Shown in pieces: positions 8,775 to 17,770 of a stretch of DNA of 64,000 nt. Source of the stretch: an uncultured bacterium (GTDB taxonomy: Bacteria > CAZDME01 > JAYEMH01); the NCBI GenBank assembly GCA_964506075.1, contig CAZDKO010000004.1, forward strand, positions 134-64,133, given 5' to 3'. Position numbers and translations under genes: made by a program. Below the pieces are notes generated by a model. That model had not been told where the DNA came from, searched no databases, and saw only the letters and a program-made list of their open reading frames with translations. Position 1 is the first letter of the stretch. Each line of letters begins with the position of its first letter.

Positions 8775-9752
8775 TTATGACATCACCTTCTGCATGTCCT
8801 GTTCGGTTATTTTATTCGTTCTCCTTAAAGCGTAAAGCAAACCGCCGATTACTCCCCAGATAACTACCATTCCGTAAGCAATCCAGGAAAGGGCGATAGC
8901 GTCTGCCGCCCCCACCCCGAACTTGGAAAGAAAAATCACAAAAACGTTTTCCCTGACTCCGATGCCGTTTATGGAGACCGGAACCATCAGAATCACCGTA
9001 ATAATCGGTATAATCAGGAAAAAATGCATCGGAATTATGGGTAATCCCAAAGCCACGGAAATAAGATAATAATGGAGAATGACGTTTATCTGAAGAAGAA
9101 GCGCGTAAACCATATTGCCCCAGAATTTTTTCTTTTCTTTTTTATAAACGATGACTGCCTGGTGAGCCTCTTTGGCTTTGGCTTTAATTTTATTAAGGAG
9201 AGGCAGGTTAAAAATCCCGCCTATTTTTTCGGCAACCCTGGGGTGAATTACCAGAACGATACCGGAAATCATTACCAGTAAAACTAAAACCGAAAGCCAG
9301 ATCAAAGGAATATTCCCGACTATTTTTATTTCAATAAACAAAGCCAGGGTGGCAATAATTACCAGGGCTATGACTCCGGTTAATCTTTCTACCAGAACCA
9401 CGGTAAAAGATTTTACGCCGCTGTGGCTATAGCGGATAGTATCGCAAGCTCTGACCGTATCCCCTCCTATGGTTGTCGGCAGAAAATTATTAAAAAAGGT
9501 CCCCACCATATAGGAACCGAGCAAACTGGAAAGCGGCACTTTTATCCCCTGGGCGGAAAGAAGCAGCTGCCATCTTAAAATACTGAAAAGATATCCGGTT
9601 AAGTGAAGTAAAAAAGCACAGGTTATCCAGAAATAGTTCGCTGATTTAAAGGCGGACCAGATACTGACTAAATTCGTCCGGCTTAAAAGGTAATACAAAA
9701 GTCCAAAGGTAACAATAATCTTAACGGTAAAAAAAATATTTTTTTTCTTCAT
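8775..9752 (-). CDS. Flippase-like membrane protein (UPF0104 / LPG-synthase TM-domain family)
   Basis: 325 aa with about 8 TM helices. Conserved LRWQLLL...VGTFFNNFLPTTIGGDTVRA motif. Paralogue of 16835-17770. Confidence 0.65.
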   Translation of the reverse strand: MKKKNIFFTVKIIVTFGLLYYLLSRTNLVSIWSAFKSANYFWITCAFLLHLTGYLFSILRWQLLLSAQGIKVPLSSLLGSYMVGTFFNNFLPTTIGGDTVRACDTIRYSHSGVKSFTVVLVERLTGVIALVIIATLALFIEIKIVGNIPLIWLSVLVLLVMISGIVLVIHPRVAEKIGGIFNLPLLNKIKAKAKEAHQAVIVYKKEKKKFWGNMVYALLLQINVILHYYLISVALGLPIIPMHFFLIIPIITVILMVPVSINGIGVRENVFVIFLSKFGVGAADAIALSWIAYGMVVIWGVIGGLLYALRRTNKITEQDMQKVMS

Positions 9753-10486
9753 CTCTGTTTTAATATCCGCGCCGGAACACCGACAGCGACCACCAGTGCC
9801 GGTATATCCTTATTAACCAAAGTGGCCGCACCGATAATCGTATCCCGTCCGACCGTTACTCCGTCCAGGATTGTCACCCGGGCCCCTAACCAGACGTTAT
9901 CGCCGATGGCAATCCCGCCTAAATCTACCGAAGGTTGAGCCATAATCGGAATATCGATCCTTGAAAAATCGTGATTGCCGCCCCCGACTAAATAAACGTA
10001 AGCGGCAATCAGAACATTTCTGCCCAGTATAACCGAATTTTCAGAATGAATTAAACAATTGGTGCCGATGTTGGTGTTTTCCCCGATTTCTATTTTACCG
10101 CCTTTACAGCTTAAGATGGTATTACGGCTGATAATGACGTTATCACTGATAACGATACCGGCATTGGCTATACCCTTAGCATCCAGGACGCAATAGTCAT
10201 CAATAACGACGTTTTTCCCCAGAGAGATTTTATGCGGATGCCGGATGGTTACACCCTTCCCTACGATAACACCTTTACCCATTTTTTTAAAAAGGCAGCG
10301 ATAAAAAATTCTACGAAGAAAAATCCCCCCTGCCCCGGGTAAACTGCCAAAAAGAGCGGTGATAAATTCATATTGAATAAGAAAAAATAAATTGCCTTTG
10401 CCTATTACCAGACTTTTATATTTTTTCAAAGCCGACCCTTTACCGGTCAAAGTTGTCTGGAATTCCGTTTTATCTCTCATAACCAT
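9749..10486 (-). CDS. Hexapeptide-repeat (LbH) acyl/acetyltransferase
   Basis: 245 aa with multiple hexapeptide repeats (IGENTNIGTNCLIHSENSVILGRNVLI; IGDNVWLGARVTILDGVTVG). A second ATG at 10480 forms an ATGA overlap with the upstream stop and may be the true start. Confidence 0.75.
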   Translation of the reverse strand: MVMRDKTEFQTTLTGKGSALKKYKSLVIGKGNLFFLIQYEFITALFGSLPGAGGIFLRRIFYRCLFKKMGKGVIVGKGVTIRHPHKISLGKNVVIDDYCVLDAKGIANAGIVISDNVIISRNTILSCKGGKIEIGENTNIGTNCLIHSENSVILGRNVLIAAYVYLVGGGNHDFSRIDIPIMAQPSVDLGGIAIGDNVWLGARVTILDGVTVGRDTIIGAATLVNKDIPALVVAVGVPARILKQR

Positions 10487-11457
10487 CCTTCTTTTTTATA
10501 CCAGTCCACGGTTATTTTTAAACCATCGGCTAAACTATATCCGGGCTCAAAAGACAATTCCCGTTTTGACTTTGAAATGTCGTAGTGATGGCTTCTGGTA
10601 AAAAACTCAAGCCGTCTTCGGGAAAGCGGCGGTTTCTTTCCCAAAAGGCCAAAAGCTTTTTCCATTAAAACGGCTCCTGCCCCCGCCAAAAATAAAGGGA
10701 TATGCCGCCCGGGAACAGGTTTATTTAACCCCCTGGCTGTCATAGAAACCAATTCATTCAATTCAAGCACTTCATTCCCGCCGATAATAAAAATTTCTCC
10801 CCGGGCTTTTTCTTTAAAAGCACAAAGTTTAAGCGCCTCAACCAAATCATAAACAAAAACAGGATGAACCGATATTTTACCGTCTCCTATTATTCTAAAA
10901 AATCCGCTGTCAATAGCTTTAAAAAATTTAAAAGTCCGTTTATCACCCGGGCCATACACCCAGCTCGGCCGGACAATCACCACCGGCAGGTTTTCATTAT
11001 TATAAAAATCCAGGCAGATTTGCTCGGCTTCGAGTTTAGACTGCCCGTAAAGATTGTCGGGATGAGGTAAAGTGTTCTCATCGGCCGGCAGTTTATCCAA
11101 TCGGCCGTACACACCAACGGTGCTACAATAAACAAAAGACTTTAAAACCGCCCGGTCGGCTGTTTTTAAAAGGTTAGAAGTCGGTAAAACATTAGCCTGC
11201 CGGTAAAGACGGATTGCTTCACTGTCAGCGTTAATTAAACCGGCTAAGTGAAAAATAACCTCTTTGTTCCGGGTAATTCTCTCCAGTGATTCTAAATCGT
11301 CAAAAGAGGCTACGCATAAATCTAATTTTAATTGTTGAATTCCGGCCACCTCGCTTCCCGGCCGGCTGAGAACAGTGACCTTATGCCCTTCTTTAATCAA
11401 GCTTTCAACTAAAATATGGCCGACAAAACCGGTCGCCCCGGTTACTAAAATGTTCAA
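10477..11457 (-). CDS. NAD-dependent sugar epimerase/dehydratase (extended SDR)
   Basis: 326 aa. VTGATGFVGHILV Rossmann motif and YGQSK (YxxxK). The TTG start overlaps the upstream TGA (TTGA), with AAGGAA upstream. Confidence 0.8.
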   Translation of the reverse strand: MNILVTGATGFVGHILVESLIKEGHKVTVLSRPGSEVAGIQQLKLDLCVASFDDLESLERITRNKEVIFHLAGLINADSEAIRLYRQANVLPTSNLLKTADRAVLKSFVYCSTVGVYGRLDKLPADENTLPHPDNLYGQSKLEAEQICLDFYNNENLPVVIVRPSWVYGPGDKRTFKFFKAIDSGFFRIIGDGKISVHPVFVYDLVEALKLCAFKEKARGEIFIIGGNEVLELNELVSMTARGLNKPVPGRHIPLFLAGAGAVLMEKAFGLLGKKPPLSRRRLEFFTRSHHYDISKSKRELSFEPGYSLADGLKITVDWYKKEGWL

Positions 11458-12284
11458 ATCATTTCCTTATTTTTAGCTTTAAGAATTAAAACGTACCCGG
11501 TTTTATATAACCGGTCAAGCTGAGAAAATAAGAAAAAAACCGGGTAAACAAAAGAATAAAGCTTAAACATCATTTTATTCTTTTGAAATTCTACCGGGGT
11601 GGATGGAGAAATACCGCCTTTAATGTTATTTTCTCTTTTCGCTTTAGCAAATTTGGCGTAGCCGGCATTAAGCAACAACTCCAGAAATTCGGTCACAAAC
11701 TTTGAATAAGAACCGTGCTCAATAATTTCCATTTTTAAATCTTCAAGTTTCTTTCTTAAAATTTCAAGGGTATAGCCGTCTCTAACGTGTCCGTAAAATT
11801 CAGCGGTAACTCCCAGTTTCCGGCTAAGCCAGTCAAGAACAGGTCCCCGGTTGGCTTTAGGTACGGTAATATAAAGACTGCCGTCGGGTTTTAAAATCCT
11901 TTTTATTTCTTTCAGGAATATCTCGTCTTCCTCAACATGCTCAAGGATATCACTGGCTAAAACACAGTCAAAGGTATGGTCATAAAAATCCATTTTTAAA
12001 GGGTCAACCTGAAAAACCTTATCTTTCAATAAAGCCTTGGTAGTCCTCACGTTTTCCGCATCAACATCACTATGATACCAGTTTATTCCGTGATGTTTCA
12101 AAAAATAACTGAGCACTCCTTTTTCACAGCCTATTTCCAGACATTTTCTGTGGCTTTTGAATTTAACAAAAGAAAGGATTTTCTTAAGCTTCTCTCTTTT
12201 TTTCAAAGAACGTAAAGCCAGTTTCAATTGCCAATGATTTTTAAAATCCTTCTTAAATTTTTTCACTAATGTTTTTATTTCCAT
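11454..12284 (-). CDS. Class I SAM-dependent methyltransferase
   Basis: CLEIGCEKGVLSYFL (motif I) and DCVLASDILEHVEED. I place the start at ATG 12284 (MEIKT...); the track ORF begins one codon earlier at a TTG. Confidence 0.75.
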   Translation of the reverse strand: MEIKTLVKKFKKDFKNHWQLKLALRSLKKREKLKKILSFVKFKSHRKCLEIGCEKGVLSYFLKHHGINWYHSDVDAENVRTTKALLKDKVFQVDPLKMDFYDHTFDCVLASDILEHVEEDEIFLKEIKRILKPDGSLYITVPKANRGPVLDWLSRKLGVTAEFYGHVRDGYTLEILRKKLEDLKMEIIEHGSYSKFVTEFLELLLNAGYAKFAKAKRENNIKGGISPSTPVEFQKNKMMFKLYSFVYPVFFLFSQLDRLYKTGYVLILKAKNKEMI

Positions 12285-12333
12285 CAATGGTTTTAAAATC
12301 TTACAATTATGCGTTTTGTCTCAGAGATTAACC

Positions 12334-13332
12334 TCATCTGTTCCCCCAAAAAATTTCCTTTAGAAATATTTTTAAATTAGGGGTGGGGATACCTAAAAAG
12401 GTATGCCGGCACAGCATATCGCATTTGTAACAGGGATTTAAACCCTCGACTTTCTTTTGTTTCATTGCTTCTCTGATAGATATATATGAATTATTACTCC
12501 ATATTTCAGCAATAGAAGACTGAAGCAAGTTTCCCATAATTAAACAGCCAAAAAAATCTTGGGGGCAAGGAGAAACGTCGCCGTTCCAGAGAATAACCAT
12601 CGCAAACCAGGGAAACGTACAGGCGGAAAATTTCGCTGATTGGCCTGATTTTTCATCTTTACCGGCATAACTCCCGGCCCAATTATGAGGTGATTTTATC
12701 ACAAACTTATCCAGATGTAAAGAGTAAAGCTTATCTCTTAAAGCCGCCCGGACCAGTCTGTAATCTTTAGTCTTAACTTCACCAAGTTCCATCGTTTCAA
12801 AAACAGTAAAAGGCTTTTTTCGTCCTGATTTTTCCTTGAGAATCAAAAAATCAGAAATATTATTTACCGTTTCTTCAAATTTAGCGTTGCGACGGATACT
12901 TTCATAGTTTTCTTTGGTGAAACCGTCAAAAGAAAAAGAAATAAAATCAAGCCCGGCCCCGATAATCTCCTGAGCCCGGTTTGCATTAAGAAGAGTCGCA
13001 TTGGTATGAAGCCGGGTATAAAGCCCGGCCTTTCTGGCATAATCAATCATCTCGGCTAAGTCGGGATGGAGCAAAGATTCTCCCCTGTGGTGTAGATTGA
13101 CGTCATAGACAAAAGCTTTAGCTTCATCAATAATCTTTTTAAAAAGGGAAAACTCTATAAATCCCCGTTCTATATAAGTCGGCTCACTCTGAGGACACAT
13201 CACACAACGTAAATTACAGCAACTGGTGGCCTCAATCCAAAGCCTGAGAGGAAGATAATTCAACCTCTCGTTTTTTCTCCAGTAATTAAAATTAATCTGT
13301 AAAAGCTTTTGCAAACGTTTTAATTTATTCAT
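12334..13332 (-). CDS. Radical SAM protein with C-terminal SPASM-like Cys-rich domain
   Basis: 332 aa. CNLRCVMC (CxxxCxxC). C-terminal cysteines lie in CTFPW...SPCPQD and CYKCDMLC. Confidence 0.75.
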   Translation of the reverse strand: MNKLKRLQKLLQINFNYWRKNERLNYLPLRLWIEATSCCNLRCVMCPQSEPTYIERGFIEFSLFKKIIDEAKAFVYDVNLHHRGESLLHPDLAEMIDYARKAGLYTRLHTNATLLNANRAQEIIGAGLDFISFSFDGFTKENYESIRRNAKFEETVNNISDFLILKEKSGRKKPFTVFETMELGEVKTKDYRLVRAALRDKLYSLHLDKFVIKSPHNWAGSYAGKDEKSGQSAKFSACTFPWFAMVILWNGDVSPCPQDFFGCLIMGNLLQSSIAEIWSNNSYISIREAMKQKKVEGLNPCYKCDMLCRHTFLGIPTPNLKIFLKEIFWGNR

Positions 13333-13357
13333 TTTTTATCTTTCTTAATTTTATGTT

Positions 13358-14821
13358 TTATCCGTTTCTTCCCGATCTTTTTATTTTTTTATCCACACGA
13401 CATTTTTTCCTAATATAATTTTTGCCGACGATTAATAAATGTTTTAAATCGGCAAACGACTTTACGCTTCTAATCGCCCTGGGAATTCTTGCCCAGATAG
13501 AGACTTCACTTTGTAAAACCCATTCCACGGCTAAACCGGAGAGTTCCTCCCAGCTTAAGGTATCTATATAGAGAGGGGCTTCGCCGTGAGCGGCCCCGAC
13601 GGAGACGGCTCTCTGGCTTTTGACGTTTGACCAGGAAAACTCTTTCGGCAGGATATCTTTTGCTCTGGCCTCAGCTTCTATTTTTGTACCCGGATAAATC
13701 CGTAGAAAGCTCATGGATTTTTGTCCACCTATCTCTTCCATTAACCTAAGTGTCATCCGGGCTTCTCCAAGTGTTTCGGTGGGAAACCCGATAATATAAC
13801 TCGGGTTCTTAAGTATTCCCAGTTCATCAAGCCAGGCGGATACCTTTTTCACCTGGTCCAGATTAATTTTTTTACCGCAGATTTCATCCAGGACTCTCTG
13901 CGAACCGGATTCAACCCCGAAAAATACTTTAAAGCACCCGGCTTCTTTCATTATGGTAAGCACTTCTTTATCAACCGTATCCACCCTGATGGAACAGGTG
14001 AATTTGATGTTCAAATTTTTCTTTATGATTAAATCGCAAATCTCCATAACCCTTTTCTTACTCATGGTGAAAGTATCGTCATAAAACCAGATGGTTCTTA
14101 TGCCGGTATTTTTAATAATCTCTTCCAGTTCCGCGATAATGTTCCCGGCTGACCTGGCCCGCCACATCTTACCGGACATTTTACTGGTAATACAAAATGA
14201 ACAGCCAAAAGGGCAGCCCCGGCTGGTTATGAGATGCGTGGTAGTACTCCATCCTTTACCGGGAACAAAAAGCCGGAAGTTATATTTTCCCATGGGTAAA
14301 AGTTTCCGCGCCGGAAACGGCAGTTCATCCAGATTTTCAATAAGCGGCGCATCGGGATTTCTGACAATCTTCCCTTCTTTTCTAAAAGTTATCCCTTTAA
14401 TATCTCCGGGGGCCACTTTTCCTTCATAAGCGCGGCATAAATTTAAAAGTATTTCTTCCCCTTCTCCTCTGACGACAATATCAATTTCAGGAATAAACCC
14501 GAGCGTATCCTCGTCGCAAAAAGTCGGATGCGGTCCTCCGATTATTACCCAGCTTTCCGGAGAAACTTTCTTAGCCAGGCGGGCTGTTTCAAAGGACTCA
14601 AAACGAAATTCGGTAAGACAGGTAACGCCGATAATCTGAGCTTTTGATTCTTTTATCCGCCGGCTCAATTTTCCCCGGGAAAGTTTCTCTACCGAAGCAT
14701 CAATCACCTCCACCGCAATATTATTTTTTTCCAGATAAGCCGCTAAAGAAATAAGACCCAGGGAAGGCAACGGCTCCTTGGTGGTAAATCCTTTGGGTGG
14801 AAAAATCAGTAATACCTTCAT
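13358..14821 (-). CDS. B12-binding-domain radical SAM enzyme (class B, methyltransferase-like)
   Basis: MKVLLIFPP... is a B12-binding-like N-terminal domain, followed by SRGCPFGCSFC (CxxxCxxC). The ATG at 14821 is preferred; the track start 14833 is a GTG overlapping the upstream TGA. Confidence 0.75.
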   Translation of the reverse strand: MKVLLIFPPKGFTTKEPLPSLGLISLAAYLEKNNIAVEVIDASVEKLSRGKLSRRIKESKAQIIGVTCLTEFRFESFETARLAKKVSPESWVIIGGPHPTFCDEDTLGFIPEIDIVVRGEGEEILLNLCRAYEGKVAPGDIKGITFRKEGKIVRNPDAPLIENLDELPFPARKLLPMGKYNFRLFVPGKGWSTTTHLITSRGCPFGCSFCITSKMSGKMWRARSAGNIIAELEEIIKNTGIRTIWFYDDTFTMSKKRVMEICDLIIKKNLNIKFTCSIRVDTVDKEVLTIMKEAGCFKVFFGVESGSQRVLDEICGKKINLDQVKKVSAWLDELGILKNPSYIIGFPTETLGEARMTLRLMEEIGGQKSMSFLRIYPGTKIEAEARAKDILPKEFSWSNVKSQRAVSVGAAHGEAPLYIDTLSWEELSGLAVEWVLQSEVSIWARIPRAIRSVKSFADLKHLLIVGKNYIRKKCRVDKKIKRSGRNG

Positions 14822-14829
14822 TAATTTTC

Positions 14830-16692
14830 TCACTTTCTATCCAGCCACTTCTGCGCCCAGATTTCAAAAACCAAAAGAGACCAGAGACGATGACTATTAT
14901 CTTCTTTCCCTGCCAGGTGATTTTTGATTAAGGTCTGGACATAACTTTCATTGAAGAGTCCGCGCTTTTTTAATTGCCCGGGGGAAAGAAGTTCCAGAAG
15001 TAATTCTTTAAGTTCTTTTCGCATCCAGTTTTTTACCGGGCTGCTGAACCCTTCTTTGGCTTTATTAATAATTTCAGAAGGCAAAATGTCTTTCATTGCT
15101 TCTTTAGTGATATATTTAGTTTTAAATCCTTTAAGCTTCATTTGCAGCGGAACGGTGGCCATTAACTCAACGACTTTTTTATCCAAAAAAGGAAACCGGG
15201 CCTGAATAGAATTAACCGAACTCAACCGGTCAACTTTCACCAATCCCGCATCAGGCAAATAACTGTGTAAATCAACATATTCTAACTGGCAGAGCTCGGG
15301 TAAATTACCGGCCTGTTTAAAAAGAGAACGGATAAGGTCGTAAGAATCTACTCCTCCCGATGCCCTAAATAAAGAATCTTTATACAAATATTTTTTATCC
15401 AAATGACTAAAAGCAATCATCCAGCGTGTATGCTTAAGGTCAGACGGTAAAATTTCTCCCTGAAAAAAACGGCGGAAACGGTTTATCAGGCCTTTTTTTC
15501 GCTCCTCTGGTTTAATCCCGGCGAAATATCTTTTTATAAAAGGCGGCATCAAACCGGCGTAACGGGTTAATCCCTGGGCAATATAAGTATCATATCCGCC
15601 GAATGATTCATCTCCCCCGTCGCCGCATAAGACGGTCTTAACATGCTCTCTAGCTAATTTAAAAGCTAAAAAAGTAGGGAAAATAGAAGTGTCGGCTAAG
15701 GGCTCATCAAAAAAACCAAGTATTTGACGGATTAACTCCGTCTTTTGGGAAGATACTATTAATTCGTGATGCTCGGTCTTAAAGGTTTTAGAAACTATCC
15801 GGGCATACTTTAATTCGTTGTAGCTTTTGTCCTCAAAGCCGATGGAAAAAGTTTTAACGGGATTAACCATTTTACTCATTAAAGCCACAATAGCACTGGA
15901 ATCAAAGCCACCGCTTAAAAGCACCCCGGTATCGGTATCACTTAAAAGGCGAAGTTTTATGGACTCTCTAAAAGTCCGGAGGATTTCCCTTACTAACGTT
16001 TCCTCTTTCCTCCCGGGTATAATTGAAAAATTAATTTCCCAGTACGGTTTAATTTCTATTCTTCCGTCTTTAAACAATAAATAATGCCCGGGCAGTAATT
16101 TTTTTACACCTTTAAAAATACAACTACTGCCCATCACGTATTCAAAAGTCAGATAACAATCTAAAGAAGCTAAATCTAACTCCTTCTTCACCTCCGGATG
16201 AGAAACGACCGCCCCGGGTAAAGAAGCAAAGATTAAACTTCCCGGGAATTCAGAAAAATAAAGCGGTTTAAGTCCGAGTCGGTCACGAACGAGATAGAGC
16301 TGTTTTTTGACTCCGTCCCAGAGTGCCAGAGAAAAAATGCCTCTTAGACTTTCAAGGAAATCGATTCCTTTCTCTTCGTAAAGAAGAGCCATAATTTCCA
16401 AATCAGACGAACCTTTAAGACGATAGCCTTTACTTTCAAGCTCGGTTTTAAATTCTCCGGCGTTATAAATTTCACCGTCACAAATTAAAACGAGATTATT
16501 ACCTTTATTAAAAAACAACTGTTCTTTTTTAAGAAAACTCCAACCGCATATCCCGAGGCCCACCTCATTTTGAAGATACGTCTCCCGCTGTTCTCCTCCG
16601 CGGTTATTAAGAAACTCCAACATTCGTCCGATAACCTCTGGAGTTATCTTTCTACTTCTATCTTTACTAATCTCTCCGCAAATACCGGACAT
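14830..16692 (-). CDS. asnB: Asparagine synthase (glutamine-hydrolysing)-like amidotransferase
   Basis: It has a glutaminase domain plus the PP-loop LLSGGFDSS of the synthetase domain. ATG 16692 has a GAGGA RBS 8 nt upstream; the track start 16707 is a GTG. The N-terminus reads MSGICGE, so the nucleophile Cys is not at position 2. Confidence 0.8.
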   Translation of the reverse strand: MSGICGEISKDRSRKITPEVIGRMLEFLNNRGGEQRETYLQNEVGLGICGWSFLKKEQLFFNKGNNLVLICDGEIYNAGEFKTELESKGYRLKGSSDLEIMALLYEEKGIDFLESLRGIFSLALWDGVKKQLYLVRDRLGLKPLYFSEFPGSLIFASLPGAVVSHPEVKKELDLASLDCYLTFEYVMGSSCIFKGVKKLLPGHYLLFKDGRIEIKPYWEINFSIIPGRKEETLVREILRTFRESIKLRLLSDTDTGVLLSGGFDSSAIVALMSKMVNPVKTFSIGFEDKSYNELKYARIVSKTFKTEHHELIVSSQKTELIRQILGFFDEPLADTSIFPTFLAFKLAREHVKTVLCGDGGDESFGGYDTYIAQGLTRYAGLMPPFIKRYFAGIKPEERKKGLINRFRRFFQGEILPSDLKHTRWMIAFSHLDKKYLYKDSLFRASGGVDSYDLIRSLFKQAGNLPELCQLEYVDLHSYLPDAGLVKVDRLSSVNSIQARFPFLDKKVVELMATVPLQMKLKGFKTKYITKEAMKDILPSEIINKAKEGFSSPVKNWMRKELKELLLELLSPGQLKKRGLFNESYVQTLIKNHLAGKEDNSHRLWSLLVFEIWAQKWLDRK

Positions 16693-16715
16693 TTTATAAT
16701 TCCTCACTTTATTTA

Positions 16716-16832
16716 AAATGACTAATGATTAAAGTATCAATTTGGTTAACTGGTGAGCGGTTAATTGGTGAGTAGTAAATACTAACGACTAGATACTATT
16801 TAACCAATTAACCAGTTAACCAATCACCAATC
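16716..16832. repeat. Quasi-palindromic spacer (GGTTAACT GGTGAGC GGTTAATT GGTGAG ... TAACCAAT TAACCAGT TAACCAAT CACC)
   Basis: TGGTTAACTGG (16743-16753) is complementary to CCAGTTAACCA (16812-16822). GGTTAATTGG (16759-16768) is complementary to CCAATTAACC (16804-16813). The 19-mer at 16804-16822 is identical to 36916-36934. Confidence 0.85.
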
Positions 16833-16834
16833 GT

Positions 16835-17770
16835 CTATCTTCTTAACACATAAACCACTGCGCCGATTACGGCCGTCAAAATGACAAAACCAAACGACAA
16901 CCAAGCTAAAGCTAAAGCTGAGGCATTAAGCACTCCGTAGGCACTAAAAAAGAAAACGTAGGCACTTTCTCTAACGCCGATTCCACTGATAGTTATCGGC
17001 AACATCAAAAGCAAAGAAATCACCGGAATAATCAGAAAATAATAAATGAAAGGAACAGGTATACCTAAAGAAAAACCGATTAAAAAATAGTGTAATACTA
17101 CTACTAACTGCAATAAAAAAGCCGCCATCAGCACCCAGCCGATATATTTGGCTTTATGGCGGTAAATATGCAAAGCTTCATACATCTCCTTAACCCATCT
17201 TCGGAAAAATTTAAGCCCGGGAAAATTAAAAATCCGGCTTAGAAATTTAGCTACCGGAGCCCACAAAATAATCAGAAGAAAAAGCGCCATTAAAACAAAA
17301 AATAAAGCACAAACCCAGATTAAAAAAGACGTTTCCTTAATTTCCAACCCGGAAAATAATAAAATTGAAGCGGCAATCACCATCAGGGCAAAAAGACCGG
17401 ATAAACGCTCTACGAATATGACCATTACCGGTTTAACCGCCGTCTTACCCCAACGGATGGTATCATAAGCACGAATCATATCCCCGCCGATACCGGTCGG
17501 CAAAAAGGTGCTGAAAAAAGTACCGACAAAATAAGACCCTAAAAGCCTTTTATAGGGTAATTTTATACCCTGGGCGTCAAGAAGGAGTTTCCATCTCAAA
17601 GTACTGATAGGATAATCCATCAGGTGCACCAGATAAGCTATACCCAGCCATAAAAGGTTAACTGATTTTAAACTCCCCCAGACCTGCCTGATATCTACTT
17701 TATTAACTATGTAGATTACCAGCAGGACACTGAATATAACTTTAACGGTGGTAAAAATAATTCTTTTCAT
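16835..17770 (-). CDS. Flippase-like membrane protein (UPF0104 / LPG-synthase TM-domain family), paralogue 2
   Basis: 311 aa. LRWKLLL...VGTFFSTFLPTGIGGDMIRA. Collinear with 8775-9752. Confidence 0.65.
   Translation of the reverse strand: MKRIIFTTVKVIFSVLLVIYIVNKVDIRQVWGSLKSVNLLWLGIAYLVHLMDYPISTLRWKLLLDAQGIKLPYKRLLGSYFVGTFFSTFLPTGIGGDMIRAYDTIRWGKTAVKPVMVIFVERLSGLFALMVIAASILLFSGLEIKETSFLIWVCALFFVLMALFLLIILWAPVAKFLSRIFNFPGLKFFRRWVKEMYEALHIYRHKAKYIGWVLMAAFLLQLVVVLHYFLIGFSLGIPVPFIYYFLIIPVISLLLMLPITISGIGVRESAYVFFFSAYGVLNASALALAWLSFGFVILTAVIGAVVYVLRR

Noticed and set aside
12288-13357. RiPP precursor peptide next to the SPASM radical SAM gene
   Set aside because: The flanking gaps are only 46 and 25 nt and no small ORF is present. 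The context is sugar/glycan enzymes.
14091-14429. Plus-strand ORFs nested antisense in minus-strand genes (also 7770-7973, 18256-18648, 38699-39145, 48369-48839, 63082-63450 and the other + ORFs in the track)
   Set aside because: These are shadow ORFs opposite well-supported CDSs. Their products are low-complexity with no motifs, and every functional gene here is on the minus strand.
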